A stretch of DNA of 63,860 nucleotides, counting the filler, from Octopus bimaculoides (Eukaryota): assembly GCF_001194135.2 (NCBI RefSeq). It is 7 parts of 6 records of this genome, joined end to end, with 100 filler letters (N's around TTAATTAATTAA, not from the genome) between each part and the next. Parts side by side here need not be neighbours in the genome. Positions count along the whole stretch, not along the records: positions 28,643 to 41,446 come from NC_068993.1; positions 41,547 to 48,830 come from NC_068996.1; positions 48,931 to 55,382 come from NC_068986.1; 4 more parts are not named here. One strand, 5' to 3'. Positions within the stretch are counted from its first letter, which is position 1; the number at the start of each line of letters is the position of its first letter. The notes below the pieces were generated by a model. The model saw nothing but the letters and a program-made list of their open reading frames with translations, was not told where the DNA came from and made no database searches. A program made the translations under genes and the position numbers. Positions 40,429 to 53,649 of the stretch are shown here, piece after piece.

Positions 40429-41280
40429 AACACACATATGTGTATGTATGTATTATGCATGTGTTTCTTTGAGTATTTGATATTTGTTATGGATCTTATA
40501 TAAGAATGAACTCACATGTCTTAATTTAACATTTCTCTATACGAAGGCCAAGAAGAAATCTTCCGAGAGAGAGTTAATTTTAACGAAATACCTCTTCATA
40601 TCACCTGAGGAGACACATCTGCTACGAGGGATACACCTAAGCCAGATTTTCAGCATCCCTTCCGCAAGGTATCGATGTTAGATGGGTCGAAACAATTATA
40701 GAGATCAATGAAGATTCACGTATTTCTATCATCCGTTTATTTCATTAATGAAATATACGTGCGCGCGCGTATGTTGTCAACACTCCTGTCACGGCGTGTG
40801 AACTTGAGGACTACTAAAATGCAAGAAAGTATACTAGTCCCTTAATTTTCAATACGTAAAATTCAATATTCAATATTCAATATTTCATTTATTCAATAAG
40901 ACAATCAATACTTCATTTCATTTTACTGAATATTATATTATATCTTCTATATCCTACATTAATATTATAAGAATATAAATAACACAAAAAAGAAAATAGA
41001 CAGATTTGGAATTCCTTTGAATGATATATATATATATGAATATCGTTGCTATAATGCAAAAGTGTCGTAAGTTCGAAACGTTCCTTTTTCGGAATACGAA
41101 AAGAGAGTTTCACTGTTCCATAGCAAAACCGTTGTACTAACTTTGACAATCTTTGATATCTTGTCATTTGAAGCAGCTGGAGATACGATTGTTTCACCAA
41201 AAGAACCCTCAATTGCAAGCCAAAATGAATATTGCAGAAAATGCATTTGGTCTAATTTGGACATATATATATAGAGAGAG

Positions 41281-41330
<50 letters not shown>

Positions 41331-41396
41331 TTCGTATTCGTTTTGCAAGATTCTTGATGCGATCCTTCATATAATTCCCCTGCCCAAGGTCCAATA

Positions 41397-41446
<50 letters not shown>

Positions 41447-41831
41447 NNNNNNNNNNNNNNNNNNNNNNNNNNNNNNNNNNNNNNNNNNNNTTAATTAATT
41501 AANNNNNNNNNNNNNNNNNNNNNNNNNNNNNNNNNNNNNNNNNNNNTATATATATATATATATATTAAACAATAGGGTAAAAAATTGGATATTAATTAAT
41601 ATCAATTTAATACTAGGTAACCAGCACATTAAAAGAATCAGGGAGATTCAGGAAGATTATTTGAGATCTCAAAGGATTATTGTATAGGTACATATAAAAA
41701 TATATATAAAGGAGACCACTAGGTGGACTGCCAATGTGCTAGAAGAAGATCACATATGTGTCTACTAAGATCGGATAATTCTCAAAGGGAATTCAGCGAA
41801 GTAACAAAAACGTAAAACAGGCAAGACTAGT

Positions 41832-41889
<58 letters not shown>

Positions 41890-42111
41890 NNNNNNNNNNN
41901 NNNNNNNNNNNNNNNNNNNNNNNNNNNNNNNNNNNNNNNNNNNNNNNNNNNNNNNNNNNNNNNNNNNNNNNNNNNNNNNNNNNNNNNNNNNNNNNNNNNN
42001 NNNNNNNNNNNNNNNNNNNNNNNNNNNNNNNNNNNNNNNNNNNNNNNNNNNNNNNNNNNNNNNNNNNNNNNNNNNAATATAGATCGATAGATAGATAGAT
42101 AGATAGATAGT

Positions 42112-42157
<46 letters not shown>

Positions 42158-42159
42158 TG

Positions 42160-42192
<33 letters not shown>

Positions 42193-42193
42193 C

Positions 42194-42251
<58 letters not shown>

Positions 42252-42543
42252 CTCGTCTGACGGTAGAAAGCATAGGGGATTTTGAAATGAGAATAACGAA
42301 GAGAAGAATAATACAGCAAAGAGAATGAAAGTGAAAGAAAAGAGTATTGAGAAGATTAGATAAAAGTATGCAAGAAAAAGTTTAAAAAGATGTTTGAAGA
42401 TTATGGATGGATGAAGAGGGAAGGGGGGATGGGGAATAAAAGATTACAGCGTGAGAGAAGAATCAAGTATGTGAAAGAAAGTGAAAGCGAGAAAGAGTAA
42501 GAGAAAGAAAGAGTAAGAGAGAGAGAGTGAGAGAAAGATAAAT

Positions 42544-42575
<32 letters not shown>

Positions 42576-44033
42576 GATGTGTGTACGGGATCAGAGAGAA
42601 AGGAAAAGGTATGTGAGAAAGTGAGAGATAGAGGTATAAGAAAAACATCAAGAGATACAAAAGTTACATATACGCGCGCACACCTACACATACACACACA
42701 TCTAGATGTGTGTGTGTGTGTGTATAACATATATATAGAGAGAACGAGAGAAAAATGAGCAGAGAAAGGGTTGGTGGGAAAGGGGATGTTCTGCAAGAAT
42801 CTAAATCAGTTTGGAATCATTGTAAAAAATATATCAAAAATATGATATAGAATGAACTAAAGTTTCCTTAAAATATATATATATATAGCAATATAAATAA
42901 TTAAAACAAAATCAAATAACAAAAACACCAATACCAACAACAAAAACGAATATATTTTCTGAAATTCTTTTCATTATCTTTCATTTATTATCATCATTAT
43001 TATTATTAAGTCTGTTTACTGTGCTTTCTGCAATTTTTTTGTAAACCCGCATCTTTTTACAGTGCAGTATTTAGTATATATTCGTCTTGTTCCACTTAAC
43101 ACACTCTGTCTTACTTATTTCTCCCTTTCTTTCCCTCCCGTTCTCCTTCTCTCTTTCTCTCCCCCTCTGCCTTTCTCTATTTCTTTCACTCTTTTACTCT
43201 GTCATTCATTGTATTATATATTTTCTCCATTGGCCAATATGTTTTCCTTCTTTTTCTCTTTCTTTACGTCTTGTCTTGCAATTTACATACACGCATACAC
43301 ATGAGTTTGTGTGCGTGTGTATGCGTATATATATTCATGTGAGTGCGTGTCTACGTATGGCTGTGTGTGTGTGTGTGTATTTATATAGATATGTTTTTAA
43401 TGTGTTTTTTCACCTCCTTATTCCATTCTCCCACTCCTTCTTTCAAATTCCTCTTCCTTGCTCTCTTTTTCTCCTTTTACACACACAAGGTACGCACTGA
43501 TGAGCGGAAAACTGCACTCACAGCTGGCAGCCAAGTCGAACAGACCTATTTCCCGATTGCAGAAACGAAGTATAGAGTGTAAATCGTTTGCTAAACTGAC
43601 ACAAGGAAAACCGCAAGAAGAAGGAGGAGGAGGAGAAGTCGAAGAATAAGAAGTAGAAAGAGAAGTACAAGAAGCAAAGAGATCGAGAACGAGAGAGAGA
43701 GAGCGAGTGAGAGGGGGAGAGTGACAGAGAGAGACAAGTAGAAAGTGAAGAAGAGGAAAATTAAGGATAAAAAGGAAGAGACTAGAGAGACTAAGTGTTG
43801 GTAAAGGATCCTTTGGGACTGACTGAAAGTCTGCATGAGAAAGGAAATACAGAAATTGGAGTCTTGCACCGTCATGATCTATCTTTGAAAGGATAAATGT
43901 GTAGACTCAAATGGTCGTTGTAGCGGTTTGTATTCCAGCTTAATCTTACTTCACAATATTTGGTCCGATTTACATGGCTCCTACCTATTATAATATATGT
44001 GAAAGAATATGTAAATTACACTTGCACACGCAC

Positions 44034-44123
<90 letters not shown>

Positions 44124-44649
44124 AGATATAGATACATATATTTATGCTTGTAAGACTAAATGTGTATAAAATATATTTAAATCTATGTTTATATAGAGTA
44201 TTTATGTATACATGTAAAGTGCACGCATATAGATGTATATATGTATATATATATATATGTGTATGCACATGTATTTGCTTATGTACGATTATGTGCACAC
44301 ATACACACACAGACACACACACACACTCACACGTTTTATCCATAACTTTTTGACACTCCACATTTCAAGTTCTTTATTGTCAGTGTCTTGACTGTTTCTA
44401 TGAACCCGTAACTATCAGGTGTACATAACTGTGTGTACATATTGTTGTATGCGTATATTTACATATACAAATATATATTTGTGTGTGCGTGTGTGTGTGT
44501 GTATATATATATATATAAATTCCCACATGTCATAAATACTTGCCACACACACACACACACACATATATTTATGTATGTACCTACGTATCTACCAACCTAT
44601 CATTTTATCTATCGGTCTGTCTGTCTCTCTCTTTCTCTCTCAGTGTATT

Positions 44650-44689
44650 GAGTACATGGGCCCGATAGTACTCTCCAACCTATATACAT

Positions 44690-44720
<31 letters not shown>

Positions 44721-44906
44721 CGTGTGTGTTTATATATTTAGGTATATGTATATATATATGTATAAATATGTATGTATGTATATATATATATATATTTATA
44801 TATGTATATATATGTATGTATATATATATATATATTTATATATGTATATATATATATATGTATATATAAATAACTATATATGTATATATGTTTATGTATA
44901 TATGTG

Positions 44907-44939
<33 letters not shown>

Positions 44940-46007
44940 ATGTATATATGCATGTATATATGTGTGTGTGTGTGTATATATGTGCATGTATATATGTGCG
45001 TATGTATGTATATATATATATATATANNNNNNNNNNNNNNNNNNNNNNNNNNNNNNNNNNNNNNNNNNNNNNNNNNNNNNNNNNNNNNNNNNNNNNNNNN
45101 NNNNNNNNNNNNNNNNNNNNNNNNNNATATATATGTATGTATATATATATGCATTTGATTGTTCAATTTTGGTTTTGATTCGTTATTTTCCCCCCAAAAT
45201 CCCTCCTGTATTGTTTTCATTATTTATTCTTTATTTTCTGGCGAAATGTTTTAATGTGAAATTGATGTGTTCATATTTTTGTATGTGTGTTTATATATAT
45301 ACACATCCATTCTCGTGCCTTTTCTCTGTGGAATATGTCATATTCCGCCACTGTACACCACCCCGACGTTACCGCCCAATCTAAGAATCCTGTGTATATA
45401 TAATACAACCTTGCACCAAACATCACGAGATTTATTGCTTTACAATTGGCACCGATTGTTTTACATGTGCACACACGCATGCCACAACTGCTTTTACATG
45501 ATCTTCACTTCACACACGCTACCCACGCACATGCACACGCTCATATACATACATGTATGCACATATATGTGTGTGTGTGTATATCTATGTATGTATGCAT
45601 ATATGTGTATGTATATATGTGTGCATGTATCAATATTATGTATGCATACATATATGTATATATATATATATATGTATGTATACATACATATATATATACA
45701 TACATATATATATACATATATGTATACATATATATGTATATGTATGTATATATATATGAATACATAAATATACACATATATACATATATATATATATACG
45801 AAAGAATGCCATTTATGTATATGTGTATATATATGTATGTATATGTGTATATATATATGTGTATATATATGTATGCATATATGTATTTATATGTATATAT
45901 ATCTTCTATATATGCTATATGTATATATGTGTATGTATATGCATATCTTTGTATGTACATGTATATATATAAACACATATACGTATATTTATGCATGTAT
46001 AAATATG

Positions 46008-46038
<31 letters not shown>

Positions 46039-46073
46039 CATACGTATATATATACATATAATTATACATACAT

Positions 46074-46107
<34 letters not shown>

Positions 46108-46110
46108 TAG
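44650..46110. repeat. Long compound (TA)/(TATG)/(TACA) low-complexity array; representative of dozens of microsatellites throughout
   Basis: Direct reading; source of the IYIY/MYVC ORFs. Confidence 0.95.
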
Positions 46111-47035
46111 GGGTGGTTCTGGTTTAAACTAAATCCTATATTATATGTTGATCTTGTGTATATTAAATTCGCAGATGCTTCATGTTTTGCCCTTTTTTTT
46201 ATTGTTTTTAATTACATTATACTTGTTTGCCAGTGTACACATTTTGACATGTGTAATATAAAATCTATACCATGTACCCACGCACATACACCACTGGAAG
46301 CAAAAGCTGTGTTCATAAATGTAAATATAAAGGTACACACACACACACACATATATATATACACACACACACGTATTTATGTATAATTATAATCTTATGT
46401 TCCTTCTCCATAATCTGATAATTGCGCAAATGCATATTATATCTACATGCTATGCTATACATTCACATATGTACATATATACACGCGCAGAGGCGCGCGC
46501 AAACGTTGATATATACACGCAGCATCTCTTTCTTCAATGGAGGAAGAGATGCTGGTATAATAATTATCCTTCATAACTCAATACATGTCTTATGTTTCCA
46601 TTAGACATAAGTTATACGGTACGTTTCCTCCCCTCCGTGCTCTAAAACATCTTTCTACCTAACTCCCCCTCTCACTCTCTGCTTTTGTATCTTCACTTTC
46701 TTTCTCCCTTTACCTTTCTCTTCCATTCTCTCCCTCACTTTCCCTTTATTCCTCTCCTTTTTAACTTTGATTTCCTCCCTCTACTACTGACCACTCTCGT
46801 TCGGTTTCTTGTTTCTTTTCCTCTTTATCTTTTTTTTACTTTTTTTCCTCAATCTCATTCTCACTCTCATTTTTTTCCGTACTCTATTTCTCTTTCACTT
46901 TCTTTTCTTGTCATTAACTTTTTTATTTTCCCCCTTATCTCTCTTACTATTACTCTCACTTTCCTTATCATTTATTCGTTTTCTTATTCTCTCTCTCTCT
47001 CTCTTTATTCACAGAGATGCACACGCACACTTCTC

Positions 47036-47082
<47 letters not shown>

Positions 47083-48930
47083 CGGTTACCTTTCCTCCCA
47101 TAATCCTTCACATTACTGCTTTTTCTCTTTCCCTTCCCAACTCCTCTTCTCCCAGCTACATTATCCCCTCACATCGCTTCCTATTCAACTCTTTTACATC
47201 TATTAAAACTGTAACTGACGAGAGTAATACAATACACACACGTGTACACACGCGCACACACACACACACACACACACGTAATACGTATGCACACCTACAT
47301 ATATATAAGTGCGGACGTGTATGTGTACGTATATACACATACCTATATAATTATGTTTAATATTGATTTGTGGACGTCAGTAACATTAGCAACTGCAGTA
47401 TGACAATTCACTGTCACAAACCTGCCCCACCATCCTCAACTACTGCTGCTGCTGCTGCCTCTGTTGTTATTGTTGTTAGCGTTTGCAGTGGTCATTGTTG
47501 TTATTGATGATGATGATGATGGAGGTGGTGGTGGTGATAGTGGCAGAACTGCTAATCATGTTAATGATGATGAGGGAAGAAAAAGAAGGATGGCTGTGCG
47601 AATGAGGATACTGACGATATTAGCAGTAGTAATATTGGGAGGGGGATGAAGATGGTAATAATTGCAATGTTTCATTTACTACACACAAACACGCACACAC
47701 AAGTATATGTAGAACCGACTACTTCGTGTTAGTTCGGTTTTTGTGTTCCATGTATTGTCTCCCCTTTAGTCGATGTTACATTAACATTTGCCGTATAACA
47801 TGTATATGTCTGTACATCTATGTACGTATGTATGTAGTAACATATTTTTAAAGTCCATGGAGGGAGGACTTCACTTGCAGTTGAATGTCAACACACACAC
47901 ACACACACACACATACTCTCTTTGTTTCTGCTTGTTTGCCTCTCTCTTTCTCTTCCCTTTGCATTACTGTTTTCTCATCCCGATACTTCTCCCTTTCATC
48001 CTTTCTTTTTCTCCCCCCCTCCTTCCTTCTTTTCAGCGTTATCTCTCTCCTCCCCTCCATTCCCTCTTCCTTCTCCCCCTCTTTAACTGACTGCCACACC
48101 ACTATTCATTGCCTTTTTGTCTCGGTTAACCACCCCTTTTATAACGCAAAACAACGTTCAACCGCAACACGCACTCACTTCTCGCACGCACACACACACA
48201 CACGTAACCGCGCACATGAACACGCACACACTTATAAGCGCGCGCACTCACATACCGCAAATTGCTCTTTTTTTTTCAATACAAAACAGTCACTCTGATA
48301 TCGATTTCTAACATAGGCACAAAGTCACTTTTTTTATTCGGGAACAGAGGAAATGCGATTGTGTGATGTTCATGCCATTGTTGAATAACATTAATAATCT
48401 ATATTCTGGCGTAAATACAAGATGTCATTTAGATTTTTAGGGTAAAGATAAAAAGGATTTTTGGGAAATTTATACCTTCGCTTGAAAACCCTGATACATT
48501 GTATGGCCCAAGATTCGAAACTGAATTTGCAGTTGCAAACAGCTTCAGCCTATGACGGTTGCCGCAGAATTAAATAAATGCCTATCCCTTATATATATAT
48601 ATGTGTGTGTGTGTGTGTATATATATGTATATATACATATATATATGTATATATACATATATATATGTATATATACATATATATATGTATATATACATAT
48701 ATATATGTATATATACATATATATATATGTATATATATGTATATATACATATATATATATGTATATATATACATATATATACATATATATATATGTATAT
48801 ATACATATATATATGTATATGTATATATACNNNNNNNNNNNNNNNNNNNNNNNNNNNNNNNNNNNNNNNNNNNNTTAATTAATTAANNNNNNNNNNNNNN
48901 NNNNNNNNNNNNNNNNNNNNNNNNNNNNNN

Positions 48931-51344
48931 GTTGGGAGGCATCGACTTGCCCCTCCAGGTGCCGAGTTGCAAACCGACAGACTTTTCCTGGTTAATTTTA
49001 GCTCCCGCCACCGTTTCGTATCCTTTGATGGCGTTTTCTACACAATGTAGCTGCCCTTCGTCAGACACGATGATGGTGACATCATCCGCATATGCCGTAA
49101 CACTCCTTCTGTAACATAGATCACGCGGGTCTGCCCCCAAGTTTCCCAGTCTCCGCAGCAGTGGCTCAATCGCCAATGCATACAGTAACGGGGATAGGGG
49201 ACAGCCCTGGCGAACCGAACGCTCGATCGCGAATGGGTTCGAAAAAAACCCATTCACCCGGACCACGGATTCGATATCAGTATACACTGCTTGGATCCAG
49301 CCTCGGAAGGTCGGGCCCATACCTGCCGCCGCGAAATACTCATGGTCAACCCTATCAAAAGCCTTAGACTGGTCTAAATTCACCAGTGACCCGCCTTTGC
49401 CAGGAATTTTACCAACCCGCTCTATGGTGTAGCGAATGAGGTGAAGGTTGTCATGTATCGTCCTTCCTGGGATGGCATATGTCTGTGCCTCTACCACCAG
49501 GTCGCCCACGACAACCCTCACTCTCTTCGCTAGCACCTTGGCCAAAATNNNNNNNNNNNNNNNNNNNNNNNNNNNNNNNNNNNNNNNNNNNNNNNNNNNN
49601 NNNNNNNNNNNNNNNNNNNNNNNNNNNNNNNNNNNNNNNNNNNNNNNNNNNNNNNNNNNNNNNNNNNNNNNNNNNNNNNNNNNNNNNNNNNNNNNNNNNN
49701 NNNNNNNNNNNNNNNNNNNNNNNNNNNNNNNNNNNNNNNNNNNNNNNNNNNNNNNNNNNNNNNNNNNNNNNNNNNNNNNNNNNNNNNNNNNNNNNNNNNN
49801 NNNNNNNNNNNNNNNNNNNNNNNNNNNNNNNNNNNNNNNNNNNNNNNNNNNNNNNNNNNNNNNNNNNNNNNNNNNNNNNNNNNNNNNNNNNNNNNNNNNN
49901 NNNNNNNNNNNNNNNNNNNNNNNNNNNNNNNNNNNNNNNNNNNNNNNNNNNNNNNNNNNNNNNNNNNNNNNNNNNNNNNNNNNNNNNNNNNNNNNNNNNN
50001 NNNNNNNNNNNNNNNNNNNNNNNNNNNNNNNNNNNNNNNNNNNNNNNNNNNNNNNNNNNNNNNNNNNNNNNNNNNNNNNNNNNNNNNNNNNNNNNNNNNN
50101 NNNNNNNNNNNNNNNNNNNNNNNNNNNNNNNNNNNNNNNNNNNNNNNNNNNNNNNNNNNNNNNNNNNNNNNNNNNNNNNNNNNNNNNNNNNNNNNNNNNN
50201 NNNNNNNNNNNNNNNNNNNNNNNNNNNNNNNNNNNNNNNNNNNNNNNNNNNNNNNNNNNNATCCGGCAACACTGATACCTTCACGACCCATTGCACGACA
50301 CTTAGCCCGAACTCTGCATCCTTCGTGTTTGGCATTGAGGTGTCGGTCTAGTGCCGATCTCGCCGCCAAAACTTGTGAAGCAGAGTCCATTCTCAATGCT
50401 TCTTCTAGTGCCTTAATTAGATCCCGTTCTACTCTAGACTGTTCTAAACTTAGCTGTTTACTATATCTAATCGACTAAAGTCGAACGGCTCTTTTGAGGG
50501 CACTCCACCACCGGTTGTTAATCACAGAGCCGGATAGTGCCCTCTTTACTAACACCTTAATCTGACTACGGTACGTTTCACAATTCAATGAAGTCTTGTT
50601 CAACTTCCAGTAGCTAAATCCCTGACTATGGACCTTCTCTATATGTACCGTACACGTCACTAATTTGTGATCCGTGTCGGGTACATAGGTAAATTGTGGA
50701 CAATTTAGACTATCCTTATCTCTATCACTAACAATAATCCTATCTATATACGATCTGATCGATCCGTCGTGATTTGTCCAAGTCCACATTGGCACGCTCG
50801 GATTACTAGATCGAAATCGATCTACTAGCCTATATCGCTTCAGTAGATCTACGAGGCATGAATCATTTTTCCTAGCGTTAGAGCCGACGCTATCCAGGCG
50901 CGCATCCAGAATAGCGTTGAAATCACCTAAGACAACTACTGTCTTAGATGTCACAAGAAAATTCTCCAGGCGTCGAAAGAAACCATCTCGTTTGCTTGGT
51001 GTCCAAAGCGCGTAGATGCCAACCAAGCTGAAGGCCTTACCACTGATTGTCAGATCCAGAACGACCGACTCGCCTTCTGGGTCCACGAAGATTGTACGTG
51101 TCCGCATGACCAGGCTTTTCTGGAGCAAAATCACTACGCCTCTATTCCCTCCCTCCCGGCTAGGGGACATGATTTTGTCGTAGCCGTTTAGGAGGGGTGT
51201 GAAGTCCCATAGTTTGTCCAGCCCGGTCTCTGTAGTGACCATAACATCAATTTTGTGTGCTCTGAGGTTGTCGAAGAGGCACGCCTGCTTCTTCTTCGAC
51301 CCCAGGCCACGGACATTCAAACAAGCAATACTTAGCACAGCCAT
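48931..51344 (-). pseudogene. Tx1 ORF2 (APE endonuclease + RT) with in-frame TAG at 50475-50477
   Basis: MAVLSIACLNVRGL..TTETG..VVLGDFNAILD..SYIDRI..TDHKLV..YWKLN; same frame resumes SIRYSKQLSLE; RT: VNLDQSKAFDRVDH, VRQGCPLSPLLYAL, AYADDVT. Confidence 0.9.
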
Positions 51345-51369
51345 ATCGAAAAAGGAAAGAGGGTTGAAC

Positions 51370-53030
51370 TTACGTTCGTTTCGAGTTGATTTCCCTTTCG
51401 CCTTCTTCCATTTGGCCACTGTCTTTGACGAAGTGTTCAACCGGCAGGTCAAACATCTTTGTAGGGTCTTGTACTATCCGAATATCTTCCGGATGACATT
51501 TCCTTAAATCGTAGTACAGTTTCTCTGGTACTTTGGCCGTTGTGATGGCCTTTTTGGTGTCGTTTACAAAATACACATTCGACTCTAGATGGGGTTTAAT
51601 AACCCCGTCTAGATATTTGTTCTTTGTTCTGTATTGTATGNNNNNNNNNNNNNNNNNNNNNNNNNNNNNNNNNNNNNNNNNNNNNNNNNNNNNNNNNNNN
51701 NNNNNNNNNNNNNNNNNNNNNNNNNNNNNNNNNNNNNNNNNNNNNNNNNNNNNNNNNNNNNNNNNNNNNNNNNNNNNNNNNNNNNNNNNNNNNNNNNNNN
51801 NNNNNNNNNNNNNNNNNNNNNNNNNNNNNNNNNNNNNNNNNNNNNNNNNNNNNNNNNNNNNNNNNNNNNNNNNNNNNNNNNNNNNNNNNNNNNNNNNNNN
51901 NNNNNNNNNNNNNNNNNNNNNNNNNNNNNNNNNNNNNNNNNNNNNNNNGTTGGCCTGTTGTTTGAGGAGGACGCCGGCTTCGTAACGACCTCCATGGTTG
52001 TCGGCGCCCGCTCTATCGTTACTGGCTGGATCACTTGTTGGTTCTTGTTGGCTACTGTTTTTAGAACGGCCTCTGAGGCCATCGGTGCCATCTCACTGGT
52101 GGTCGGTTGCATATTGGCCTCCCCTGCCGCCGTTGACACAGGTTGGGTTATCGACCTCTTATTCTTAGACTCGTCAGCCACCGACTTAGTGACTGTCACC
52201 TTGGCCGTCGATGCTGCCACTGTGGTCACCGGTTGTGTGCCTGCCTCTTCGACCTGTGGTTCCACTTCTATATTCAGTTCCTTCTTTTTCGGGCATTTAG
52301 ACCTCAAGTGCCCCTTCTTTCAGCAATGGAAGCACCTGGGTTTACGTCCTTCAACGTGAATTGGGACAATTTTATCGTTGATATTTATGGTCTCGGGTAG
52401 CTCTTCTAGGTGGAGGCTGGAAGCCTGCACCAATATCTCAAGGGACTGCCCTTTCCAGTTCGTTGGGCCATCCCTCGTTACTTGGATTATGTTTATTTTA
52501 TCCTTTCTCTTGTATAGTAGTGTAGCCATAATACAGTCTACATCTACCTCTGGTGGTATATGTTGAATCTTTATCCTGGACGTCCTCCGTCCCAGATAAA
52601 GCGGTAACAACATTATTTTGCCACTTGTAACGGTTTGGGTCGAGAGATTCCTTGCTCTCTCGCTGGATTCGAACCTGGCTTCCACAGTTGCGAATTTGGT
52701 GCCACGGGCCAAATACTTCACTTCTTTCATAATATGCCCGAGGCACTTTTCCACGGTACTCTCTTCCAAAAATTCAAATGATTTCCTCTCAGTGTTATAG
52801 GTTTTATACACAATCGTGCGTTCCTTAATATTGTTCATCACCTCGCTGGGAGACGAAACCTTACTCTCTCCATTTTCTTCCGATATCATTTCGAAATACT
52901 TTTTTATTTTATCCATATTTACGATAATATGTTCTTGTCTGCCTACAGCGGCGGCAAAATTCATCCTTTTGGAAGCAGTTTCTTCTGACGAAGGCATTTT
53001 TTTAAAAGCAATTTCTTCTGTCGAAGACAT
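51370..53030 (-). pseudogene. Tx1 ORF1 (gag-like, CX2CX4HX4C knuckle) with one in-frame stop at 52320-52322
   Basis: MSSTEE..VEGRKPRCFHC*KKGHLRSKCP, then a low-complexity T/A/V-rich linker; C-terminus ..EREINSKRT* after the gap (frame across the gap unverifiable). Confidence 0.8.
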
Positions 53031-53299
53031 ATTTTGCACCAACGCAAAAATTAAACAAATATATTTTTTTCAAAAGCACAGTTCAAAGTTGTAATAATTG
53101 TATATATTTCCTTCCCCCGCGAGGGGGAGGGTCACAGTATACAACTCAATATCAGACAATATTTTTTAAAACAACGTTTCCCTTACGGGAAACCAACAAA
53201 CGTAATAGACAACAATATCAATAGCACAAAAATTGTAGTAATCAACACAGATTAACTCACGCAAGACTGAGGTCTGAAACCGAAAAGTCATATGGGACG

Positions 53300-53598
53300 G
53301 TGAGAAGCTGGCTTTTATAACATTCTGTCGGCTCACCAGAAGTTTAGGAAATACTGTCTCACGTGACCTTATCTGAAGGCTGCGATTGGTTGGGTTGCAT
53401 CTTGGTACGCAAAAGAGACAAACTGCGCCAATACCAATCAGAGTGGTGGGCACAACAGAATCCAAAGGTGCGGCCGAAGGCTAGCTGTTATCCACTACGT
53501 CCATATTTATGTATATATAACAGAGAGAGAAAATTTTCCCTTAAATCGTACGCTACACGTCTATTTTCGTCAGGGGTTGTCGTACTCTCACCACAACA
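53300..53598 (-). mobile_element. Putative 3' LTR (U3) of the Gypsy element, preceded by PPT at 53599-53609
   Basis: Minus strand: AAAAGGGGTGA then TGTTGTGG..., immediately after the pol tail. Left boundary uncertain. Confidence 0.6.
53312..53438 (-). promoter_or_regulatory. Pol II promoter-like cluster: 3 CCAAT boxes, TCACGTGA E-box (53359-53366), TATAAAAG (53312-53319)
   Basis: Motifs read directly, in canonical upstream-to-TATA order on the minus strand. Confidence 0.5.
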
Positions 53599-53649
53599 TC
53601 ACCCCTTTTGAGGTTTCGAAGGAATAAAGAAGTTTTATTTATTATTATT

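Larger units (their letters stand above)
48931..53300 (-). mobile_element. Tx1/L1-clade LINE, near full length (3' end lost at spacer, two internal gaps)
   Basis: 5' UTR, ORF1 with CCHC knuckle, ORF2 with APE then RT in the correct order and strand. Confidence 0.92.

Noticed and set aside
40590-40671. Possible exon GDTSATRDTPKPDFQHPFRK
   Set aside because: Weak acceptor and donor (gtatcg), with no homology I recognise.
46520-46554. 35-nt hairpin cagcatctctt..aagagatgctg
   Set aside because: Short and isolated, with no Helitron CTRR end or other supporting context.
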